A DNA stretch of 64,000 nucleotides from Schmidtea nova. Lineage: Eukaryota. The notes beneath the pieces are model-generated. The model saw only the letters and a list, made by a program, of their open reading frames with translations. It was not told the origin of the DNA and did not search any database. Made by a program: the position numbers and the translations under genes. Shown here piece by piece: positions 48,401 to 60,400 of the stretch (position 1 is the stretch's first letter; the number at the start of each line of letters is the position of its first letter). The DNA lies in assembly GCA_044892505.1 (NCBI GenBank), contig CM097884.1, forward strand, positions 82,150,001 through 82,214,000. Direction: 5' to 3'.

Positions 48401-51400
48401 TTTAAAAAACAAATTGTTGCGTCCCGTTAATTTATCTAAAAATCAAATTTCATAAATACTCAACTGATATTATAATTTATTTAATGGGCTACAAAATAAT
48501 ATACAATTCTGAATGGGTATAGTTAAATTATAAAGACATAGTAATGGGTCTCCGTAGAATTTCCCACCCTTAGGCAACAAAAAAAAATTCTGTTTACTGA
48601 AGTTTGGCGCGAGTAAGCACAATAATACCCGGGATGTTGCGAGTGCTTATCTTTTGATTCCACGCCCCACCGGTGCTCGGCTCCAAACGCGAAAGCGAGA
48701 TATTTCGTTCCAAGAAGAGTATGGATGGGATGTTTTAACATTTGTACCCGAAAAATTCGCGGCGAGGATTGTGGATTACGTATACCGCTGATTCATTTTT
48801 TGACACCTATTCGACTTTTTTGGTTTGTATTCGAAAATGATATTTTGGAAACATCTGCATGCACCCTTGCAACAGTCTCGCGCCCCCCTGTGGGGCGCGC
48901 CCCACAGGTTGGAAACCACTGCTTTAATATTTATAATTCATAATGTTTACATCTTATACCCCCGCTTTTTCAATTCATCAAAAGCTAGAGATTTAGGCAG
49001 GTACAAAATGTTTATAATATTAACCGTTTTATATAAATATAATAAATATTAAAAATGATGAATATTAAAAACATGTTAATTATATAATTAATAAGTTGTT
49101 TTAATATTCCTATATTTTGTGATATAAATATACCATTTGGAATTCGTTAAATTATTGATTCAAATATTATTTACCTATTATTTATGTTAAAATTTTTCAT
49201 TATTACAACTGCACTTTTTTTGTACTATTAAGAAATTTATCCTTGATTTGTTTGTAAATGATGTTTTAAAAAAAATAATGGTCAACAAGAATTGTCAAAT
49301 TGGTTAAAATTCTTTATGGAGATCTATTGTTGGATGAAAATGTAAAAATAACAAAAATTATTCACAATATTTTATTTATCATTGTACAAATTAGAAACAA
49401 GGGTTAAAAACCTACCCTAACTTCAAGTGGGTCGCATATTGGGCATTGCTGGTCTAGACAAAACATTCATATATAAATATAACGATCTAAAATGCATAAA
49501 TGATTCAAGAATAGAAAATTGGTTTAATTTACTTAAATTAATAAGCAAATTTAACATTAAAAGATAAATTTGCTTGGGCAGTAAAATAGTTCTAACTATT
49601 TCAGGTCAAATAATTTTATCCATTTAAACAAAGTGAAAAATTACTTGTTTGAAGTGCTTTAAATTAGCTAATGCTGCTAGTTTAAATTCACTAGTGTCGA
49701 TATACAACGGTCCAATGATATAAAATGGAACCTCGTTTTCTAATTGTTCCTGAACGCTATCAAGTTCTTTGAACTTGGATTGAAACTCATACATAGAAGG
49801 CTTATTTTTCATAAACTCGGCTATCTCTTCATTTGGATTTGATGTCCATAAATTTGAATAACATTGAAGGGTCTGCGTCAAACTTTTTATTTCCTTCAGT
49901 TCTCCTATTTAAAAATACTATTATGTTAAATAGAAATAGAAAAATAAAAATTTATTTAAAAGATTCTTTTAAATAAACAAATTTTCAATTTTTTTTAAAT
50001 TTCATTTCTATTCAGGCATTTCAAAACTTCAGGAAAATAAGACAGCTCACATAATTTCTGAAATGGTAACAAATGGTCATTAGGAACAAGGTATGAAGAA
50101 CTCATCATTAATCGCAGTGCAATTAGAAGAGCTAAAATGAAACATCGTGAAGCATCAGAAATCAGAAAACTTTATTTGATCCAAAGGTGCCATTGGCTTT
50201 TTATTGGTATGACAAAATCATGGAAGATCTTATTGGTCCTGATCGAGACTGGGTTGATTTATTTGGTTTTGGGACACGGTGTGGATAAGCTTTCGTCGGT
50301 CGCAAAACGTGATAATTAAACAGCAGAATGATGATTATGCTAAAGTATTAAGGGCTTCAGCTTTGATACAACGGCGCTTAACACGGAAAAAAATGGTGTG
50401 GTCTGTATTTTGATTGGAAAAAAATTATCAGAGCTTCTATTTTTGTTGTCTCGCCAGCACATGTCAGAGATCTTGCTGACGAACGTTTCAGCATCTCTGA
50501 TGTGTCTATGCCAATCAGCATGGATGGGCTTGGACATTAAATGAATTTCTGACCTCGAAAATATCAAGCTTCGTTTTCCACAGCGATTGAGGAAGAAAGC
50601 ATAATGCGATAATTGTAAGGTGAAAAGATGATATTATAAATTTCAAGGAAGCATCAACCACGACATGACCATCGTGAGCTTCCCGAACTAAGTATCATTT
50701 TTGGGTGGTACTTCTTAATGTGAAATTTGTTTTCGTTATCCTGGAGCCATTCACCATGCTCACTGAATGGCCAGGACCATTAAAATGTGGCCGTTTAAAA
50801 ATCAGTATCAACCGTACAACTAGGGTCAACTGGGTCATCTTGATTACGTTGTTTCGGGGCTTATCATATAAAAATGGAATCTAGATATACCCAAAAGATG
50901 TTTTACTCTTTGTGACTTGTATACATTAAATACTGGCTTGAAAACATAGTATTTATAACTGCTCCATGAAATTATCTTACCTTGCTATGCACTATCTCTT
51001 TCATTTTGCAAGCCTGTAATCACATTATTCAATTGTACTTTAATGTACTTATCGAAACTTTAAGTAGGATTTGGTTTCTTTAACGATGACGCATCAGTAC
51101 CGGAAAATCAATTGAAGGTTGTGGCACTGAAAAGAAGCAAAGGATCCAAAAGAATCTCTCCAATGGATCACACTTTTCAACGAACCAGTGGATTTTGTCA
51201 GGATAGCAATGGTAAGATTCTCCAAAATTCTTGATATGTCAGAAACTTTCTTGTAACATGATTCATGCGAATGTGGACATGAAGAATATTTGTGTAAGAA
51301 TTCAGCTCATCTTTCACAAGAAATAAAGACCAGAAGAAATACCTGCTGCAAGAATTGAACATCAAAGGAGGCAGTTTGTTGAAACACCAAAGGCTAGAGC

Positions 51401-54400
51401 TATCCAACAATCCGCATCATTGAGTGAATGAACTAAATTTGCGATATGTAACAGTAGGAGGCTATGTCCTGCCTGCGCCACTACCCACTGTGAGTATATT
51501 ACACAATCGCTCGGACTTTAGGTAATACTCGTTGTTATGTAATCATTATGTAATTAAGTATATTTAATAAAAACCGATAATTACGTAATTTCTTTTACAA
51601 TTACGTACTTCCATATATTTGTTTAAATTGATTGATTTTTTGTTTAAATTAAGTAAAATTTTGTTTAATTTAAGTGAATTTTTGTTTAATATACTGGAAT
51701 ATTTGTTTTAATTAGATGACTTTTTTTAATTTAATAAAAATATGAAATTTAATTTAAATTTAGTAAAAAAAATATATGAGTTCACACATGGGCGGGCAGA
51801 CCGCTCATTACTTCTTACTACAAAACTTCAAACGCATTTTTCGAGTCGATTAACCGGCCCGATCGATTTTTTAGTGAAACAATAGATAGACAGAATTTTA
51901 GTGCTTACAAGATGACTTGATTAAAATTCAAAATGTTGTGTATATTGTTGTGAACATGTGTTATGTTATTAAATTAGTATATTTCACCTAATTAAAATAG
52001 AATTTTTAAGTTTGCATTGTAATATTGTATAGATAAAATTTAATTGTCGACAAAATGTCTTGATTCAAAATTGTGTATGTCATTAAGATTGTGATGCACA
52101 CGTGTTTTGTAATTAAATTTGTATATTTCACCTAAATAAAGTAACTTTATTGTGTTTTCATTGTAATTACTTATAGATAAAATTTAAATTTCTATAAAAT
52201 CGCTTGATTATAAATTTAAAAGTTGTTGTTTTTCGTTTTGTACACAAGTTTTCTATTATAATACTGAAATTTTTCTGCAATTTAGCATAGATTTATCAAA
52301 TATTTATTGTAATCATATGTAAATATAATTTAATTTTCTATCACATACTAAAGAAAATTATAAAAATGTTGTGTATGTTATTGACAATTCTAATGTATTT
52401 TATCAAAGGTAATTCATAATTTTTATATGTGGCGTAATTACTGTAATATAATATAAATTTAGCTGTAATTTATTGAAATAATCGATCTAATTTATTATAA
52501 TAATATGAAGTGTATGATTCATTGAAATATTTTATAACTTGAATGTAAATTATAACTTGTTGAAATAATATGATTTTAACTAAATAATAGCGTCAAATCG
52601 TGTTTTAAAAAATTATTTATTTATTTTAAAATACTACAACGTAAATCATTCTCTATTCTTTTATTGAATTTGATTTGTTGATAATAATAACTTTCCTACC
52701 CCTTACTCGATTCTGATTGGCTGATAAGAATAAATTTCCTACACTTACTCGATTTTTATTGGTCAAAAGTAGGGCTGATAATGATCAATGTAATTTTAAT
52801 AGTTAACTTTTATAAAAATAACGATTAATTAATAGTCAATTTCGATTAAAAAATAACTGTAGTTAAAATCATGATCAAGTTTATTTAACAAAACAGCACA
52901 AGCTTTTCTCATTCAAACGTCGTCAGATAACCAGCTGCGCAAACACACCAACATATTCACCGTATTTGGTTCGAGTGATGAACGTGTCTTATTAACAATG
53001 TAACCGGCCGAGCTAAATAAACGTTCACATGGAACCGAGGTAGCTGGTATACAGAGAATATTTTTGGCCAATGAAGCCAATTTCGGATAACAATGTTCAT
53101 TAAGCTTCCACCATTGTAGTGGGTCAACTGACTCAGCAACTTTTTTTTCATTTTTATAGCGATTTAATTCATCGTCCGCGCTTTCAACCTCTTCTTCCGA
53201 GTCAGAGTCTGACTCCATCAACTTAATACGCCTTGCAGCAGGTTCGAATATAGGTTCAGTGAAGACGTCAGTATCATAATTAGTCTGCAGCTGATTATCA
53301 TTCTGACAGCATGCTATTTTTCTCCGAATAAGTGACCAAGTTTGTTCTTTTAATTCATCTGACAAGCACCTCAAGTTTTTATATCGTAGATCTAGTGCTG
53401 TTGCAATCTGCAATTTTTCAATATTAATCATACCAGTTACACGTTCTTTGAAGTCATCAATAGAAGCTTCCTTGAATCTGGCTATATAGCCTGGATCATC
53501 ATCATTTACCATCATATGTTTCGTCAATGATGATAATAACGGTAATACGCAACAACATGATACATACTGTTGACCACCAAGTAAGACCGTTGCCTGGCAG
53601 AACAAGTCCAAAATATCGACGTATTTTGAAATCTTCTCCCAGTCATTATCTGACAATTTAAAAACTTGGAATTTCTTTTCCTCCCGTGACATATGGACAG
53701 TTATTGCATCCCTGGCCCGCAGCAAACTTTGCATCATCACAAAAATACTGTTCCATCTTGTTGGAACATATTGTTGCAGTTTGCGCAATGGTGACTCAGT
53801 ACAACTTTTTAATTCTGACGTATTTGCAGCACTATGCTTAAAGTGGCTAACAATTTTTCTGCATTTATTAAATAAATTTTCAGTATCTGCGGCTTTAAAT
53901 GCGTGTAGTATGCTCAACTGTAGGCTATGAGCCATGCATGGAATATGAGAAAAGCCACTTAGATTAACGGCCGAAACAATATTCCGTGCATTGTCTGTCA
54001 CTAGAGCCTGAACTTTCTTTGATATGTTCCATTCTGCTGCAAACTGCTTGTATAATTCGGCCACATTGTTAGAATAGTGACGTTCAATAACAACCACACA
54101 TTCAAGAACAATACTTCGCAAATTCCAGTCATCGGTAATCCAATGGCCAGTAATACCACAGTAACTTTCATTTCCTAGAGATGTCCAAAAATCAGACGTT
54201 AACGCAACTGCAGTTGCGGTTTTCACTGCTTCTTTAACATTCGTACTTTTGCCGTCGTACATTTCATTCAACAATTTATCAATAGTTCGCCTGCATGGTA
54301 GTTTGTAGTCTGCATTTTGAAGTGCTCTGCGTAACACTTGCTGGAGGCCCTCATCTTCTACGATCGATATTGGTCTTCCACTACTAGCTATCCAACTTGC

Positions 54401-57400
54401 AAGTGATAATTTAATGTTGCCCTGTACAGCAGCACTAACCTGACGATTTGACTGGTAACAAAACTGACTTAGATTACTCTGTCTAGAAGTGGATGACGAT
54501 GCTGCAACCGAATTGCTAAATGAAGCTGTATTTACTTGCTAGAGTTTCTGATACTTTATTGGGTGTTTGTTTTGAAGGTGGTAAGTAAGAGAAGTGTTTG
54601 ATCCATGATACGCGAATTGTTTATCGCAATGTATGCAAGAAATGTAATCAACATTTTCTATCTTTCGTTCGTTCGACAACTTAAACCCAAAATGCTCATG
54701 TAATCGCCCAGTTATAGAATTATATTTAACATCTTTACTGATATTGGTCGTCAGATTACATTGTTTAGCGTCACCATTGTCCCCTGGATTCCTGTACATT
54801 TGTTAATGATGGGTAAACTGAAAATTGAAATGCGATTAATTGTTAAAAATAATTTAATCGTTAATTTTTTTTAACGATTAATCGATTAATTAATCGATAA
54901 TAACCGCAGCCCTAGTCAAAAGTTATGTGTTTAATAACTTTTATATATAAACAATAATCTTTCATTCATTATTCACTTTAACAAATACAAAATATTTACA
55001 ATGAACACTATAACAAGTTTTATGAGCAAAAAACCAAGTGACAAAGAAAATGGTAAATTTATTTTAAAAATTATTATCATTTAGTATTAATTTAGGCAAT
55101 ATCAATAATTTAATTGGGAATTCGATGTTAGAAAATGTGAAAGTAAATGGTACTTAAACTTAAACTTAGTATATTATTTAATTTTTACTTTAGGTGATGT
55201 AAATATGACTGAACTAACTACCATACAAACTAAGATTGTTAGTGACGAAAATATTATGAATGATGGAGTTATACTTGATGTGGTATTGAATGCCCAATGT
55301 AAGTATTGATTAATTTTAATTAATTTGATTATATTTAAATAACTATTTTAATTAATTTACTAATTAAATTTAGTAAAATATTTGTAAATATATATTTTTG
55401 ATAATATTTTGTAATAATTTAAATAATCTGTACTTTGCGTAAATAGTTAAGTTAAACAATTTTCTTTAATATTATTTTGTAATAAGATTTATATTAATTT
55501 TAAATTATTTTATGTAATTATTATATTTAAATAATATTCATTTTATAATAATTCATATTTGTATTAATTTATTTTAATGATTTTTTAATAAATTAAAAGA
55601 TATTTCATATTTAAGGTAATTTTTATGCGAATTATTTTTAGTCGTCAAATCACAACGACGGCCACAAATTAATGAAACAATACTATCGTCTTATAAATAA
55701 ACAAGTCACCTTCTATTTATGTCCCACATGTAAGAGTGCCCAAAATATAATATACATAGATTTTTATTTCCAACATTATCTCCATTAAAGTCGATTCCCA
55801 TGCACTAAGAAAAGCCTTTTCGCTTTAATTAATAAAAGTAAACGACTAAATGTCTTAAACCACCAAAAATAATTGTAATATCCGATGATGAAGATGTGCA
55901 TTCATCAAATGACGATGTTTTAGTTATTCATAATTTACATGTTGTCCAATATGTTGAACCTTTGGTTAAAAATAATCAATGATATAGGAGAAAATGTAGT
56001 TTTACCTTACTTTATAAATAATTCCAAAAAGAAAATGGAATATCTTTCCTTGCACAAATAAGATAATTTCATAGTTCTATAATTTTTTATTAGTGTAATT
56101 AACCTTTGAGAAATCCGGTTGAAGATCATGACCATTATACAGGTAAATATTTGAGTGCGGCTTGCTCTAAATGCAATTTTTCTCAGGAAATAAGATTCAT
56201 CAAAAGTTGCGCCAAAAAATTGTAAACAAAAATGAACTTGACCTTTGATCTCGATTACGTAATTTTGGATGCCAATACTCGGTCGAGAAATATTACGTAA
56301 TAACGAGTGAGCTACGTAAACAACTAGTATTATATAATGATTGCGTAATTATGTGCGTTATGTAAGGCCCGAACGATTATGTAATATACACATAGGGGTA
56401 TTGACAGACTCATCATAGCCTCCGACAATTAAACATTAAAGTTTGACTCTGGACAGTATTTCATCATAAAATAGACTGTGAATTGTGGAGCAACTCATCC
56501 TTTTATTTGTATTGTGCTTGCTTTTTTCAAAACAAATTCATTATTTATAGTTTTTGCTCATTTTCACAAAGTACAATGAATAATAATCTTTAAATTTGTT
56601 AAGTTAGACTTTTACATTATGAAGAAGCAAATAAATTCATAGGGTTTCTTATTTGATAATAAAAGCTTTGCATTAATATTTTATTTATAAGTGTCTTTTT
56701 TAATTGTAATAAATTATATATTATTTATTATTCTCTATATAAATTGTAGTACCAAATAAAAGTATAAGTGACCTAAATAAAGTATATACATTTATTTTGT
56801 ATTAAAATTCATCTAATAAATAATTATAAATAAATTATCACAATTACCAAAAAACACTAATAAATGAAAGATTAACACTATCTAATGCAAAGGTCATACT
56901 ATCAAATGAAAAACCTTATTTCACAATAAAATTTTAATGGAAGAAATTATTTTTGAAGTCATTTCCAAATCCAAAAATAAATATATAAATGGGAAAATTT
57001 TCTTTTGTCTTTTTTAAAAGTTATTTAAGTATTTTTAATAAAATACAATTTCTACCGTTAGGCAAAAACAATATCTTTCTCATATTGTTCATCCAGGACT
57101 GCAAAAATGATTGCAAACGATACACTTCTCGGTCGTGTTTAACGTCGTAATAACAGTTTTCAGCTTGTTCTTCAATGTCCAACTGAACAATTAAAGACAA
57201 CCCTAAAGTCAAGTTTAGAACAGTGAGAATAAATTGGAAATTATTTTACTTTGGCTGTCGTCGGGTTTTGTAGGTACACCTTTTGATTTAGATTTATCCT
57301 GCTGCATTTAATTCATTAAATTTTAATGAATTTGAATATCAAACTCTACCTGACTGTTTTGAGATTCAACATCACTCGTAACACTAGTCGACACCATTAC

Positions 57401-60400
57401 TGGAAATGATTCCTTTGTCGTCTTTCTCTCATTAGTTTTTTCATCTGTATTTCCTTCATCTGGAATCTCTTTCACAACTATATTAGGATTTTGCGAGATT
57501 TCATTTTCAGATTCTTTAAGTTCATTTAAAATAGTTTTCCTGCGGCCACGTTTTGACCATTTTGTAACTGCTTTCATGCTGTTCTGTATAGCGACTATGG
57601 CTTTTTTTATTATGTTTTGAATGTCTTCTAAAGAAGGTCGAATAGCCAATTTATTTCCCATAATCCTTACAAAGCATTTAATAAGTGGATTGGGTTTAAC
57701 TTTCTCTAATTTATTTATTAAATTATTACAAAGAAAGTTTAGATTTTTTATACCTGCCTTTACCACTTGTCCGAAAGAGGCATCTTTAATGGCAAAGGTC
57801 GCTTCTTTGCAAGCCATATAGTTCCATAAGTTATCCAGTGCCGTTCGAACGGACTTAACGACTGCGTCAACTGTTTTCTGGTCCATAATTCTTAATAAGT
57901 CGTTGCTAGCGTTACTTATTCGAATTACATGTTTTTCTGTCGATGTTAAGGTCACATCTGCATGCCTTAAAGCTGAGAAAATATATTATTAAAAACTTTG
58001 AAAAATTGAAAAACTTACCCCCTAGATTTAATCCCGACGATCCTTTGTTTTTAGAGTCTTTGGCAGATTTTTTAGACAGCAGTTTTTGCATGTTATTGTC
58101 TTCGACAAATTTATCAAATGATTCCAACAAAATATCAACGTAATCATTGGAAGCTTCGTAAATGCTTAAACTAAAATAATGCATAAACTGAGAGCCTTTT
58201 AAACATTTTGCAACTGTCGTTTCTAGAAACTTATTTATTTCCCATGGTTCCCCATTTTCTGGCTGAGCAAACAATTCCGTTTCTGCAATTGATGTCAAAA
58301 TATTGTTTATTCGAAAATCTCTAATGTCAAAAGCTCGATTTAAAAGCAACTCGAATTCGTAGATAAGTTTTAACAGATCCTGTTGAAAGATTAACTTTTT
58401 TTAAATGAAAGGTTTTTCACCTCAATATAATCCTCAACTCCAAGACAGCACCAATCATAGAGAGTCATTCCTTTTCCAATCGCCCGGTAGATCTTCGTGG
58501 TTATTGGTAATAATAGTTTTTCATATTCAGATGGGACTTTACTCATTATTCTTTTGTGTTCTTGGCAGAAATACTAGAGAACAAAAGGTTTTGACATTTT
58601 TATTATATTGCTAATGCTAATTTGATATTGCATTAATTGCAATAAAAATGGATATTTAAAATGTGAGTTTTAAAGAGAGATCAAAGACAGTCAAATAATT
58701 TATCCCTGTGTTCATCTAAAAAATCCTATTTACAAGTTTTTTTGAAGCCTTATTTTCTCAATACTTTGAAAAGAAAAGTTAATCGTAAGTGTAACATGGT
58801 TGAATAGGTGCCATTCTCTTTAATAACGTAATTTAATAGTAGAATTACCAGATCCGTCAGTCAGACTTGTTACAGAGTTCAACAGATCTATTCTTTTTTC
58901 AAAAAAGTACATCAAAGAAGGATAAATGAATATTATAGGTGTAAGGAACAAGTAGATTAATTAATTAAATTAATCTAGTACATAATAATAATTAAAAATC
59001 GTAGTTTCAAGATTAGAGGTTGTTTATGATGTTTGATTGTTGTGTTTGAATGTTACTATTCTCACACCGTTTTCAGCAAAATCTGTAAAAATAATGCCTT
59101 TGGCGTCCCATAAAACAAACAGCATCAAACACTTTCAGTGAGTTGCTGATGACCTCACTTTTTTAGTACTGGACTCGATAGGCAATTTTTACTCGAGAGA
59201 CTCTCTCTTGGACTCCGGGATGTAGAAAGACAGTGGTGTTTTGTCCTGAGTTATGATATTTTCTAAAGGTCACTCACCAACACTGTCAAAATTTTTTAAG
59301 TTCTCTTTACAACTTTCGTAACGATTAAGCCGTTATAAACCGTGGCACGAACCGGGAACATAATTTGCAAATCCCGCAAGAAGCAAGGAGAGTAAAAACA
59401 GTGCCTTTACTAACATTTAGGCGATATTTCAACTCTGACTGCACGATTTTCATCAGCTTTTCCGTTATTTCTCCATGAATTTTCGGCGGTCTTCCACACT
59501 TCTATTCATCCACAACTGACGTTCTGCCATTCTGAAATTCACTATATATTGTGCGTTTTGATGGACATTTTTCTTGGTAAACACCGCGTACTTCAGAAAT
59601 AATTCCTTCACGGTCAATTCTCTTCAAAACGAATATTGAACTGCTTCGAGAGACATTTTTGAATTAGTGCTCTGAAAACAAACAAAAACAGGAATATAAT
59701 CAAACAAACTAATATTTCTATTAAAAAAAAACGCCAATCCAAATATATATTCTGCACAATATATTCCAAGGACTTAATTCATTTCATCAGGTGCTACTCA
59801 ATCTTCCATTCAAATATAAATCGATTTTTCGAACGAACTAATATTAATTTTTAAAATAAAATGAATTTTTATAAATTTTATAAAATAGTCAAAAATTTTA
59901 AAACGAATAAAAATTTTTTAATTTAAAAAAAATCTTAAAAATATAATATTCTCTTTTTACAAAAAAAATAATTTTTTTTAAAAATATATTATAAATATTG
60001 TCATATTTATAAACAACAAAATGATTGTAAACAAATTCCATATTCCCCAATTGAAAATGTTCTAATACTCGAGTACAGAAAAGAAGTATATGAAGTAAAA
60101 CTTTAATTTACATGTCATTTTTATTTCTATATGAGAAACAGTACTTATTGGGCGCACCACGTAATAATGTAAAAAGATTTAAGAGATATGTGCTCCAGAG
60201 AGTCTGGTCTCTAATTCATTCGATTAAATAAATATTTAATTATAATTTTACTTTTAATCGACAAGATAATATTTTTATTACAATGCATTTTCAAAAATCA
60301 GCTTTTCTCTATTAAATGATGCATAATTTATAGAATTGCGTCAAGCATTTCTTTAAATAAATCTGCGAATTAATTTTTTGAATGTAATATTTGAAATGTA

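Larger units (their letters stand above)
51484..56398 (+). mobile_element. Unclassified TIR-bounded element of 4.9 kb (2.8 kb without the nested hAT)
   Basis: TA|CCC...GGG|TA ends. The terminal 37 nt are inverted copies (30/37 identical), with TTACGTAA palindromes inside both ends. Confidence 0.6.
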
